From: Hydrurus foetidus
Lineage: Eukaryota
NCBI GenBank assembly: GCA_900617105.1
Contig: UYFQ01000029.1
Location: 1-52,906 of the forward strand
Length of the DNA stretch: 52,906 bases
Direction of reading: 5' to 3'
Shown in pieces: positions 26,391 to 37,997 of this stretch. Each line of letters opens with the position of its first letter. Within the stretch, counting starts at the first letter, position 1. The notes under the pieces are model-generated. The model ran no database searches. It was not told the origin of the DNA and saw only the letters and a program-made list of their open reading frames with translations. The position numbers and the translations under genes were made by a program.

Positions 26391-27946
26391 ATGCAGAGAC
26401 CAACTTCACTGGAGAGCAAAACCCACAATGTTGAAGTGTTTTGTCACATGATACTTGAAGAGTTTATGACTACCAGGAACATGCAATCCACACTTCAAGC
26501 ATTCAGGAAAGAGTGGGATCGTCCGACTGAGGTAATTTTTATCGAAGATTAGTGCCACTTCTCAATCTCTTTGCTGATCTAAAGCTCATCATAATCTTCA
26601 CGGAATCTCCTCCATATAGGATGTCACTATATTTTCTTGGTACAACTTGATACTTAAACTTCAAATGTCAGAGCTGCTTCATGAGAATGTAAAAGATGAA
26701 AAATCTACAGTTTTAGAGTGTCTTGTGATGGCTCTTGCGAAAGGTAGAGTTTCAGTAGGTGTGCAGTAAAATTTCCAGCGGTAACAATTTTCTCTCACTC
26801 TTACAGAGTCCTCCATTCGCTCTCGGCGACCCCTGGATGCAACTATAAACAACATGGTCTCAATGCCGAAAGTCACATCTCTGCCATGCTTGTCAGATCC
26901 TAAGATAGTATCCCCAGCATTTGAGAATGAACCACGTCAGAGTCCAGTGAAAGAAAAGAAATCTGCTCCAAACACAGCGAAGATTACAAAAAACACTCCT
27001 CGGACCCAGATTAATCATGGAGGAGATGCAATTCTGATTCCATCGAAGTTGGATAGAGCCGATAAATTTAACTGTGGGAAAGCAATCAAGACATCAGCTG
27101 AAAATTGGTTACCTGACAGTTTTCGAATGAGATCACGTATGAGGGAACTCGCCATGGCACAGGAGACTCTAGACAGTATTATAGTTCGAGAGGGTGATCA
27201 ATTAAGACAACAAAAAAGATTGGCAGTACCAGTTTACGACAAAGCACTGAATGAAGAGAGCTTAGCGATGGTTAGAAAACATCCATGTGGCTGCTGCCTG
27301 CAGAAATATTTATACGTCAATTTGCCCCTTAAAGTATCACAAAAAGCCATAATTGATATTCGAGTGAAGTGGACTGGTATGTTGTTAAATTTATAGTCAA
27401 ACTGATAATGCCCAACCTATTGTATCTTGCACACCCTTCGCGACCTCTGACAATATTCTATCTACAGGAGGAATGACGTCTGCGAAAATATTCTTCGACA
27501 CAAGAGCTATGACAGCTGCTGCCACATTTGATGCTGGAATCAACACATCCATGCTATCTACGAGCATGTCCGAGACCTCCAAGTGCGCAACGAAAGCAGA
27601 CAAAAAGCCGTCTACTCCTCCATACCAGAACATGCATGTGTCCCGTAGCTCTATTAACGTGTACGATCAAGTGCTGGTATGTCTCTTCTGCTCTCAGTAC
27701 TTCCAGTCGCAGGAGGACTACAGACCATCCTTCGCGGACATGGTTCACAGTGAGAAGAGAGCGAATCACCTGGAGCTACTGGAGAGAGAGAGGCAGTATT
27801 GGGATCCGCTCATGATGGTGGAGAAGGACAAGAAAGAAGAAGAGGAGGAGAAGGAACGCATAGAGTATGAGGCATTGCTCGCTAAATCCCTAGGACACAT
27901 AGCAGAGGTCTATGCTGATGCCAATGATGCTCTTGAAGACGCTTAA
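26391..27946 (+). CDS. Host gene, 4 exons (26391-26531, 26620-26743, 26807-27376, 27468-27946); unknown protein with N-terminal LisH-like motif and split Cys pairs
   Basis: Three GT-AG introns join the exons in frame. CHMILEEFMTTRNMQSTLQAFRKEW is LisH-like. CGCC and CLFC pairs; acidic coiled-coil C-terminus. Confidence 0.8.
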
Positions 27947-28403
27947 TGATCTCTGTGCGTATTTCCAGTGTGCAGTGGAAGGGCGATGGACTTCCTGGAG
28001 CTGTCGCTCTATAATCTTTGGATCAATACTTCCCGAGAAGGTCATTATCATGTGATAGATGTCTGCTGTCAATTTGTCAAGTATTGTTTTACATATGGTG
28101 ATGTTCCATATCGTGCTCACTAGGCGAAAATAAAGCGGCCACATGTGTAATCTACTGACGCCGCAGATTTTCTTAACGCCGATGTACTAAGGATTTAGGG
28201 TGCGAATATGATACGTTTGTGATGTAGGTGGATGTGCCTCGACTGAATGGATAGTGGGCCATCAGCTTAAGAGCTGATTGATAGAAACATCAAATAAGTT
28301 CGGGGGAAAAAGGAGAGAGATAATGCAAATGTATGGATAGTGTTTGTGGTAAACGAGAGGAGACTGAGAGGGAAAGCAAACTCTTTTGAGGTTTACTTGT
28401 TCT

Positions 28404-31400
28404 TTAGCGTGCCGCCTTTCTTCTCATCAGGGCTGAGTCTTGGGGGCTGTTCAGCTGACCCATTATATCTGCCCTTGACAAAGGAGATGGTGAGGGCTGG
28501 TTGACTGCCGACACGTTCAGAGAGAATCGCGGTGGGGAGGCCATGTCGACAGCTACAGAGGGAGATAGGACGATGTAACATGTAGTCAAGATTATAATGG
28601 ATCGAGAAAAAAGTATTAAGGTGCTTTCAAAGAAACACGCTAGCAAGGCAGCCGAGGGTGAGTGCAAGGTTTTGATTGAATATCACCTATCACAGCTGGG
28701 GACTTGGCAGGGGATGGCGCGGTGTTGTAGGTGTACTGCTGATTAGTGCGCACAGTCACGTCCCCGCTGTTAGGGGTACTACCTCGTTGCAAATATTGGT
28801 GGTGGCAATTGAGATCGGTGGTAATGAAGTTAGCGGAGGAGAGATGAAGATTGAGTAAATTGCACAGATAAGTGGTAAACTGCAGTAATGCGGACGAAAT
28901 ACACAGAAGAAAAACTCGCCGCGGCACTCAACTGACATGCTGCGTCACCGCTACAGGAGCAATGCAGAATCTGTGTGTTGTGGAGCACGCAATAGAATGG
29001 CGATTACCTGTTGCTTGACGCGTCCTTGGTGCGGCGAAGGTTCAGGTTCCACGACTGCTGTGAACTCTTCAAGGCCATTACTTTCCGGAGATACTCTTCT
29101 TCAGCCGCTGCATCTGTCATCTCCTCTCCGTCGCTGTTATCGTTATCTTCCTCCTCCTCCTCGTCATCAGTGTCAGCGCGGTACGGAGGGCTACTTCTCG
29201 GATTCCGAACATGCAAGTTTTCGGGTTTTGTCCTAACTGAGAATGAGTCGATGTTCGCTTCATCCTCTGGATTGCTGAACTCATACGCCCTGTAATCGCC
29301 ATTGTCCTCCTCTTCCTGCTCCTCTTCTTCGTCTTGTTCCTCGTCTTCCTCCTCCTCCTCTTCCTCATCTTCCATCGCATCTTCATCGTCATCATCATCT
29401 TCTTCATCATCGCTCCCTTGCTCCCCTTTAAGGGACGAGTTCCGGCTCTAACAGCAGTCATCATAAAATCTCTTGACGTCAGCAATCTTCGCTAATTTTG
29501 CTGATAATATTTCAAACGAAAGGAAAGTGCATGTACCTGAATTTGTGCTTTTGAGCTGTCCTCCTCGTCATCATACTCAACCGAATCTGACGGCAAGATG
29601 TTCAGCTTTACCGGGCCTACAGGGGATCCATCTGCCGCGAGTCTCCTGTGTATGAATACTAATATTCATAGATTAATGCCGTGGGTGCACTGGGAGCGTC
29701 ATTACCATACACGTAGATTGACAAGCAGATTAACTCACCAGTTGCAGGCCCCCACGACATCTTGTACCGCTTTCTCTCCAGCAATTCAAAAGCTTTTCAT
29801 TGTTTCGAAAAAAGTGATAGTAACAGAGTGACTAAGCAAGCGGCTGAAGGTGTGCGTGAAGATTGAATATAAGAGAGAGAAGAAATCCATACATCCTTTG
29901 TCTATACGTCAAAATTCTATAGAGATCTAAAATGAGTCGCGCAATTTACTTTACATCTAGGTCAGCTGACTAGGTCAACTGACAGACTTCTATTCACAGG
30001 TGGTCAACAAAATTACAAATGATTGACTGAGGCACAACGAGGTAGATCGGTGAGTGTAGCCATCCATGTGAGAATAAGAGGGTAAGCGCAGACAGAGGTT
30101 GATATGAGGCTCACCAGGAGTAACAAGCCCCTTTGTGAAGGTCACAAAGATGGCACCAGGTTTAAGGCCCTCTGCCATCTTTGACATCTTTGACATGAGG
30201 GCGTCATCAAAGCAAGTGGAGTTTGCAAATAACACGTCACCATCCATCCAGTTGAGCTCGAGAATAGAGCCCTAATGCACAATATCAGTGAATTTAGAAT
30301 TGGGGGATAGTGTCATCAAGAATGAGACGGAGAGACGGCAAGAGATGGAGAGAAGAAAAGTAAGGTGCGGCAACAGAAAGTGTTACAATTAATGAGTGAT
30401 AATCGACGTATTATCACCAAAGTTGATGGGTTGGGTAGATGTAAGAGTTAAACTATAAAGAAGTTAGTAGGAGGGAGAATGTGGGGAGGAAGACAAGAAA
30501 TATGCGTTAGTGCGTGGCGAGGTGCTCGCTTGCCTGATATACGGAGGCGTGTTGGCTCTGACCGGAGCAGAGGACCTGTCGGTAGTCCTTGTTGTACCTG
30601 ACAGGAAGAAGAGATGGTGGAGGGGAAGATATTACTACAAAAGTTGCAACACATTCGACTGCTATATGAATGGGCGATGATATCAAATGACTAGAACCAT
30701 CATATTCTTGGTAGTACATTTAGCTTCAGATGTCATGTCGTGTCATGCCACAACGATGAATTATGCCACCGCATGTCAATACATGCGATGCCCTTGTCAT
30801 GTGATACCCTCAAATTAAATTGTATCCAACAATGCCAAGTAGTATCATATTGCGCCTTCTCATGTTGTGTCGAATCATCACATGCTGCGCCATACAATCA
30901 GATATTACGATAGATGCATAAAGCCATCGAAGAGATCAAGCCATCACTCTTTATGCAAAAAAGTCGAACATTTTGCCTCATCAGCAACTGCTCTGCTGAT
31001 CACACTGTCGAAGACCGCGCGATATTAAGTGTCGCGCCGTATTGAAACAACTCTGGGACACATCAGAGAGTGTTATGAAGGATCAAGCTGTATCGCAATA
31101 TAAGAACCTGTGTAATTCTTCATCACTGCCATATCGTCTTTCGACATGCCATGTCGTCGGACATCCTGTCAAGTCATCACATGGCGTCTCACAGTATGTA
31201 ATACCATATGCTGCATGCTACATTAAATTATATCACCGCGCGAAATGGAGATCAAAAGTGTCATAAAATCCTCACGAATCACCTGTTCACGATCTTCACT
31301 CCTTGATCATGAAGAGAGCTCAAGATTTCGATGCCCAGACACTTTCCAAAATCTTGAGTTAGACGCGCAACAAATACAGCCTGTTATGTAACGAGATATT

Positions 31401-32378
31401 AATACATGAGGTCATTTTGTGCTGCCGTTACGCAGAAATAGTCGGATTCGTCTTAATGGACGATGTCTCGTTACTGACAGATAGATCATGTCGGGATTCT
31501 CCGAAGAGCGAATTTCTCTACGACTATGACGCCATAAATTTCGAGCATACTAATCGCGCTTACGTGATTCTGGGCAGTAATGGAATATGATGTCTCAACA
31601 CATGCTTCGTAGACGTGGAAATAGATGACGGGGTAAGTTGCTACCTTTGATGTTCCGCTTCCTAAATCGTAAAATATCAGTCCCGGCTGCGGATTTATTT
31701 TTCTTAGGACTCTGTAGAAGGACATAAACTCGACTTCCCCGTAAATAAGTGACTGCAATTGTGTAGGGCAGTAAAATTATATGTTGTGACATTCTGATGC
31801 TCCGAAGACGTAATTAGGGTCAAGCAAAACTCACCTTCTCGTGATTCAAATTCTTCTCATCACGTTCTCCCTTGGAAAGAGTTTTCCCGACTTCTAAGGA
31901 AGTGTCTGAGAAAAGCTCGTTATATAATGCGAGGGCCTCGTCTTCTGTGAAGCGTTTCATTACAGCATATTGGCATAAGCTGAATCAAGTAAGAAATGAA
32001 GTTGCGACAAATCAACTCACGTATCAGTTCATGAATTTTCTCCAAGAACGCGGTGTCCCCTGCCTCTTTTGACTCAAACTTTTTTAGTAGTGCTGCCAAC
32101 CGAGGATCGCGACGTAGAATCAGCTCTGTATCGTAGATGTTGTCACATCAAAGACAGTGCTGAATATTTTGGCGCGGGTAATATTGAATTACTCTACCTT
32201 TCAGAAAAGACTTCGCATTATTAGAAATAATTCTGTCTTTTGCAAGCAGGGCCACCTTATTAATAGTCAATGACGACTATCATGAGGACAAAGACCGACA
32301 ATCAATACTTTTCGGAGTTGAATAATTTGAACTTACCAGAAGCAGCAATTTGGCTGGTTCTGTGAGGCTCTTGTTCAT
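28404..32378 (-). CDS. Host multi-exon gene, DOT1-like class I SAM-dependent methyltransferase with long acidic C-terminal region
   Basis: Exons splice in frame to give SLIYGEV, FYDLGSGTSKAVF, CLGIEIL, DVLFANSTCF, LKPGAIFVT, MSWG. Start MNKSLTEP at 32378. Acidic exon at about 29007-29640. Last exons less certain. Confidence 0.82.
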
Positions 32379-32607
32379 ATTTGTTGCTGTAAGTTACACG
32401 TTATTTGTAGTATTCTAACAACGAGCTCTGAAGAGTCGAAGTGCTCCTCCAGAGATATTCCTCAGCTGATCCGACTGCGTAGATTCAACAACAGAAATCT
32501 CTTACTGTCCTTAAGTTGTTGCAGTTCCTTCGCCCTTCTATCTCGATCTACAGTCTGATCAATAATTATCAATAGTCTGTATCCCATCGACTCTTCACGG
32601 TTGATAC

Positions 32608-32972
32608 TGTCGGAATAACTAATGAGCTAAGTAACCGTATAAGTTATTACGTATGTACATTTGATGACGTTTCGTACGTCGTGTGCCGTGTGGTGGTCGC
32701 TACTCCACCGGTCCAGGTTCCTTTAACCCAGGAACATCAAAAAGATGAAAGTGCACCATGTTTGACTGTGCGGGACAGCGCGATCTTTTCGCCTGTCTCC
32801 ATGAACGATGTAAGCGATGTTGCATCGTTAATTACCTTAATACTCACACCAGCAGAGCTTTTGCCTTGAGCCCGGGAAAGCTGCTAGCGCACGTGTTGAA
32901 CTTGCAGAAGGAGCGCGTACCCAGGAAGGATATAGTTTTCCATTCAGTGGAAACTGATCCTTAGTTACGACA
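32608..32972 (+). repeat. Copia C 5' LTR
   Basis: tgtcggaata...gttacgaca; direct repeat of 38624-38988. Confidence 0.97.
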
Positions 32973-32983
32973 TAATTAACGAT
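32973..32983 (+). promoter_or_regulatory. Non-tRNA primer-binding site of Copia C (TAATTAACGAT), complementary to LTR site 32824-32834
   Basis: Abuts LTR CA; no TGG; perfect 11-nt reverse complement of ATCGTTAATTA within the LTR. Confidence 0.82.
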
Positions 32984-33009
32984 TTGCTTTCGTTGCAACC
33001 AGTTGCAAC

Positions 33010-34128
33010 ATGAAAGGCAGAGGCCGAGGCAGAGATAACAATACCGCAGGCGGTCGAGCAAACCCTGCCAACGGTGGCAGAGGGAATGCTGGCCGCGGCG
33101 CGAAGCCTCCACCAAGAACAGGAACGGTAGCCGCGATCGGCGCATTCCTGGATCTAGGAAGGGAGATGAACCATGGCAGCGTAAGCGCATGGATGAGGAA
33201 GTTCCGCGAGTACACTCGCGCGAACTACAAGTCCGATATCTGCGAGATATTCGGCAATGAGGGCATACCGGGTAATTACCCGCAATATGTCGCTCCAGTT
33301 GACATAGCAGCAGATGCTGGCTTTATGGCGGCAACAAAGTGGAAGAGAGCGCTAGAGCTTTATGACAAGCTCATCCTGACTTTAAGGGAAGATAGAAAAC
33401 AGGTTTTCGGATTAATGCTAGGGCAAATAAGCGAACAGTCGAAATCGACAATTCGAGAAACCGAATCGGGTGCTACCGCCATGTTAGAGGAGGACCCACT
33501 ACTATTGCTGCGAGCAATAATATTGACTCATCTATCCGACCCGAGGCTAGGAGCAGACCAGAACCTTCTCAGAGTCCGCATGGCCTATGAAACAGTTAGG
33601 ATGGAACCTAACGACGTTTTGAAATTTTACTACCAACGGTTCAAGGCTTTGAAAGCCGGGTACGAGGATACTATGCGCGCATTAGGAGTAATGCCCGAAT
33701 TCAACGAAGCTATGACTGCGCACAATGAAGTGCTAACCGGCATGAAATTCATGAACGGGTTGAACTCCGGCTATCGACACTACGTCGAGTACTACGAGCA
33801 CAGGCTCAAGGACTGGCCGGATACGCTAGAGGAGGCGTACCTAGAAATGGCGAAAGTAACGCCGAAGAAACCAGCGGCCACAGCACCACCCAACCAGACC
33901 AACGTCTTCGCCACGAAGATGGCTGGAGGTGCAAAACAACCTGGGATGGACGATGGGAAAGGTAAGGCTAACGGGAACGGAGGTAGAGGGAAGGGTGGGC
34001 GTACGTCGTACGGCACCCGTCCCGGGAATTGTAACAAGTGTGGCGAACTAGGACATTACTCATACGAGTGTACGGCCAAGGATAGCCAAGCGGGTGCATC
34101 AGCACCCACAGGAAAATCGGTAAACTAA
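33010..34128 (+). CDS. gag: Copia C Gag (372 aa)
   Basis: RG-rich N-terminus; CCHC knuckle CNKCGELGHYSYEC; follows the 5' LTR. Confidence 0.94.
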   Translation: MKGRGRGRDNNTAGGRANPANGGRGNAGRGAKPPPRTGTVAAIGAFLDLGREMNHGSVSAWMRKFREYTRANYKSDICEIFGNEGIPGNYPQYVAPVDIAADAGFMAATKWKRALELYDKLILTLREDRKQVFGLMLGQISEQSKSTIRETESGATAMLEEDPLLLLRAIILTHLSDPRLGADQNLLRVRMAYETVRMEPNDVLKFYYQRFKALKAGYEDTMRALGVMPEFNEAMTAHNEVLTGMKFMNGLNSGYRHYVEYYEHRLKDWPDTLEEAYLEMAKVTPKKPAATAPPNQTNVFATKMAGGAKQPGMDDGKGKANGNGGRGKGGRTSYGTRPGNCNKCGELGHYSYECTAKDSQAGASAPTGKSVN

Positions 34129-37100
34129 GTAAGATACATTATTCCTCACCTGTACACTCACCCACACCTACACCTGTACATACACCCGCATTTACATCCA
34201 CACACACACCTATACATACACTCACCGATCCTCCATGTTTGGCTGATTCCACTAGCGGAATTGAAACATGTGATCATATTGTTTTTAGTGCTAACACATG
34301 CAATGTATATAACGCAATTAGAAAACGTCACATACTTCTTGACACATGTGCTGGTGAGTCGGTTTTCAACGACTCATCCCTGCTGTATAATGTTGAACAC
34401 GCACCCACACCCATGATTGTTAGCGGGGTGAATCCGAAAGGAAAACCGCTAATAATCAAGAAACGTGGGGTGTCGGCGTTCGGCAAAGTGTATTATAGCC
34501 CTGACTGTGCTGGTAACATATTGTCTTTTGGTAATGCTGTACGTGACTGTACTGATGTTAAGTACTTACACGACTATGACTGTTACATAGTGCAAGATGT
34601 CAGCGGAAAATATTTTTATAGATTCTCACGAGATGAGACTATGAATATATACCAATGCAATCTTGACACTATGGTAACTGAATGCATGCCAATGTTAGTT
34701 ACGACAGTCGAACAGAATAAGAAGAAGTATACAGTAAGAGAAGTTAGAGACGCGTCGTTAGCTAGAGACTATCAGCGTAGACTAGGATACGCTAGCGCAG
34801 CACAGACCATTAAGTTGATATCCCAAGGGAATTTGACTAATAGCAAAGTGACTGCGCGAGACGTACATAGAGCTATTGATATATGGGGACCGGATGTGGG
34901 ATCCCTTAAGGGGAAGACCACTAGTCACCAGGCCAAGTTAGAAGAAAAGTTACCATTGATAGGTATAGAGTACAAGACAGAACAAACCATGTACGTAGAT
35001 ATAATGTTCGTCAACCAGGTACCATATCTAGTATCAGTTGTTCAGCCCATCGAGTTTCTATACGTTAGTAAGTTAGCTAACAGAGAACACAAGAGCATAT
35101 GGAACAGTTTGAAGACTTCATTAGCAAGCATGGTAAAGTACAGATTCAGAGTTAAAATGATCCGAGTAGATGGCGAGGGTGCAATTAACACAGAATGGTT
35201 TCACAACAAAGTCGGTTTAAGAGGTATAGTATTAGACGTTACCGGAGCCGGAGAAGCCGTAGCCGTTGTCGAGCGTAAGATACGGCACATAAAGGAGAGA
35301 GTAAGATCAGTGATTAATTCTCTGCCATTCTCATTAAACGAGAAACTAGAAGTGTGGTTAGTTAAGTATGCAGTCAGTAGAATTGTATTAGCTCCCACAC
35401 GTAACTCACTCAACCACATCAGTCCGAGAGAAAAATTAACCGGAAGAAAGCTAGATGTAGACAAAGAGATTAAACATGGTTTTGGTGATTATGTTCAAGT
35501 ACATAACGATGTCATTGATAATTCTACCAAACCAAGAACAGCCGGGGCCATAGCACTTATGAGCTCCGGTAATCTAGAAGGTTCATGGTACTATATGCTG
35601 TTAGCTAACGAACGTATTGTAAAACGTACTAAAGCAACTGTACTACCTATGCCTGATGAAGTGATATTACACTTGAATGTATTAGCTTCAAAGAGAAAAA
35701 CTGCCAATGTTAAACAGCCTGTATTTGAGAATAGTAGTCACATTGTATTCGATGATGATGACGATGTTGAAGATGATAGTGCTTACATTGGTGATGTTGA
35801 ATATGAAACTGTCGATGAAAATGCTAACGCAGACTACACCGATGAGATCATTGAAGATAACGATCACAATGATAACGAAACACATCTTGAATCACAACTC
35901 GATATGTCTGATGAAAATCACCCACCCACATTAGATGAGTATGTAGATGACACACTATATGTAAATGACACTACATATGACAACGACGAACTATATTATG
36001 ATGACACACATGATGATACACATGTACCCCAACCTAAATATGATCAAGCACTGATAGATGACATATTTGGAATAAGTGATGATGAAGATGACTTCGCTGA
36101 TGTAACTGTACACCCTGAAGTATTCACTCCACCTGACACCATAATAGACACTGCATATGACCCACCTGTTATTAACTCACCCATACTGCGTAGAAGTGGT
36201 AGAAATCACCAACTTGGAAAATGGGATAAGAAATATGTTGGTAACCTGTTTTATAATCACACTCACCTGTATAAAATGACTGTTAATGAAGGTATTAATA
36301 AGTTAGGGGTGATAGCTGTTGACTCCATCACATCTGAACTCAAACAAATGTGTGATAAGAATGTTTGGGAAGGTGTAACTTATGAATCCCTCACCCCACA
36401 ACAAAAACGCACCATCATATCTAGTAGCATGTTTTTAAAAGAAAAGTACACTGCTGATGGTATGTTTGAAAAACTGAAATCTAGACTAGTAGCCGGTGGG
36501 CACTTACAAGATAGAGATGTTTATAACAATGGCGCCTCGCCTACTGCTAGCACATCTAGTGTATTCATACTGACTGCAATTGCTGCTAGACAGAAGCGTG
36601 CTGTCGCCACTGTTGACTTCCCCGGTGCATTCCTGAATAGTGATATGCCGCTGACCGGCGACCATGTAGTGTACATGCGTCTGAATAAACAACTGACTGC
36701 TGCACTAATCAAAATTGATGCAACATATAACAAATACATGAATAACAATGGAACATGTATTGTTAAACTCAAGAAAGCTCTATATGGATGCGTTGAATCT
36801 GCTAAGCTATGGTATGATAAGCTATCCAGTGATTTGATTAAATTCAACTATATTGCTAATGAATATGATATTTGCGTATTCAACCGAACTGAACCGGATA
36901 ACACACAAACCTCACTCGTAATTCACGTTGATGATATGATTATCACTGCTTCATCTGAATCTCGTGTGAACGATGTTATAACTCAAATTGAAACTTTATA
37001 TCCCGGTTTAACGAAACATAGAGGAAAAGTTTTGAACTACATAGGTATGACCTTTGACTTCAACAAGGAAGGAAAGGTCAAGATGACAATGGAGGGATTT

Positions 37101-37997
37101 GTACAAGATCTCATTGAGGGGTGCGGGGATATGCCGGGCACGGCTACCACACCCGCACGGCCAAACCTATTTACCCCACCTGTTGAATCTGACTCATACT
37201 TACCTGATAATTTGCGTGAGCGTTTCCACTCCATTACAGCGAAGCTACTCTACTTGAGTAAGCGGACGAGGCCAGATATTCTGACAGCCGTGGCGTTCCT
37301 AACCAAGAGAGTACTGAAGCCCCAGAGGGACGACTATGACAAGTTGACCCGCACGGTACAGTACGTACGGGGCACCCAACACATGGGTATAACTTTTGAA
37401 GTGTCTGAACCTATCCGTGTTATTGCATACATCGATGCATCTTTCGCTATACATCCCGATATGAAAAGTCACACAGGCTGCGTGATCACCCTGGGAAAGG
37501 GAGCAATCTATGCCAAGAGCGGAACCCAGCGGCTGATGACAAAGTCGAGCACGGAGGCAGAGTTGGTCGCACTCAGCGACGCCTCCAACCAAGTGCTGTG
37601 GACTAGGAACTTCCTAGAACGCCAGGGACACCCTCAACCCCCTGCACTCATATACCAGGACAATCAGTCCACCATACAACTAATGCGTAACGGTCGCTCA
37701 AATAGCGAACGGACTCGCCATGTCGACATTCGATACTTTTTCCTGCACGACAGGATCACCACGGGTGATATCGATATTGCGTATTTACCTACTACTGACA
37801 TGATTGCAGATATCCTAACTAAACCACTACAGGGGGAATTGTTTAAGAAGCTCAGGAAGGAGCTGCTCAACACTACACCACCTACCCTCACGTACGCAGA
37901 AGGCTGCAAGACTGAGGACCGTACGGACTCTGCGCCGACACCCGTACGAACAAAATTCAACCCACACTTTCCATACCCCACGTCCAAGAAGAACTAA
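34086..37997 (+). CDS. pol: Copia C Pol (PR-IN-RT-RNase H), -1 frame relative to gag; frame open from 34086
   Basis: PR LLDTCAGES; IN YVDIMFV, VDGEG, VERKIR; RT KSRLVAGG, HVDD; RH IDASFAIH, SSTEAEL, QDN, ADILTKPL. Confidence 0.95.
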   Translation, partial: PSGCISTHRKIGKLSKIHYSSPVHSPTPTPVHTPAFTSTHTPIHTLTDPPCLADSTSGIETCDHIVFSANTCNVYNAIRKRHILLDTCAGESVFNDSSLLYNVEHAPTPMIVSGVNPKGKPLIIKKRGVSAFGKVYYSPDCAGNILSFGNAVRDCTDVKYLHDYDCYIVQDVSGKYFYRFSRDETMNIYQCNLDTMVTECMPMLVTTVEQNKKKYTVREVRDASLARDYQRRLGYASAAQTIKLISQGNLTNSKVTARDVHRAIDIWGPDVGSLKGKTTSHQAKLEEKLPLIGIEYKTEQTMYVDIMFVNQVPYLVSVVQPIEFLYVSKLANREHKSIWNSLKTSLASMVKYRFRVKMIRVDGEGAINTEWFHNKVGLRGIVLDVTGAGEAVAVVERKIRHIKERVRSVINSLPFSLNEKLEVWLVKYAVSRIVLAPTRNSLNHISPREKLTGRKLDVDKEIKHGFGDYVQVHNDVIDNSTKPRTAGAIALMSSGNLEGSWYYMLLANERIVKRTKATVLPMPDEVILHLNVLASKRKTANVKQPVFENSSHIVFDDDDDVEDDSAYIGDVEYETVDENANADYTDEIIEDNDHNDNETHLESQLDMSDENHPPTLDEYVDDTLYVNDTTYDNDELYYDDTHDDTHVPQPKYDQALIDDIFGISDDEDDFADVTVHPEVFTPPDTIIDTAYDPPVINSPILRRSGRNHQLGKWDKKYVGNLFYNHTHLYKMTVNEGINKLGVIAVDSITSELKQMCDKNVWEGVTYESLTPQQKRTIISSSMFLKEKYTADGMFEKLKSRLVAGGHLQDRDVYNNGASPTASTSSVFILTAIAARQKRAVATVDFPGAFLNSDMPLTGDHVVYMRLNKQLTAALIKIDATYNKYMNNNGTCIVKLKKALYGCVESAKLWYDKLSSDLIKFNYIANEYDICVFNRTEPDNTQTSLVIHVDDMIITASSESRVNDVITQIETLYPGLTKHRGKVLNYIGMTFDFNKEGKVKMTMEGFVQDLIEGCGDMPGTATTPARPNLFTPPVESDSYLPDNLRERFHSITAKLLYLSKRTRPDILTAVAFLTKRVLKPQRDDYDKLTRTVQYVRGTQHMGITFEVSEPIRVIAYIDASFAIHPDMKSHTGCVITLGKGAIYAKSGTQRLMTKSSTEAELVALSDASNQVLWTRNFLERQGHPQPPALIYQDNQSTIQLMRNGRSNSERTRHVDIRYFFLHDRITTGDIDIAYLPTTDMIADILTKPLQGELFKKLRKELLNTTPPTLTYAEGCKTEDRTDSAPTPVRTKFNPHFPYPTSKKN

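Noticed and set aside
32681..32964. Short ORFs inside LTRs (also 13714-13917, 38697-38980, 51974-52189)
   Set aside because: Repeated only because LTRs are repeated; no coding signal
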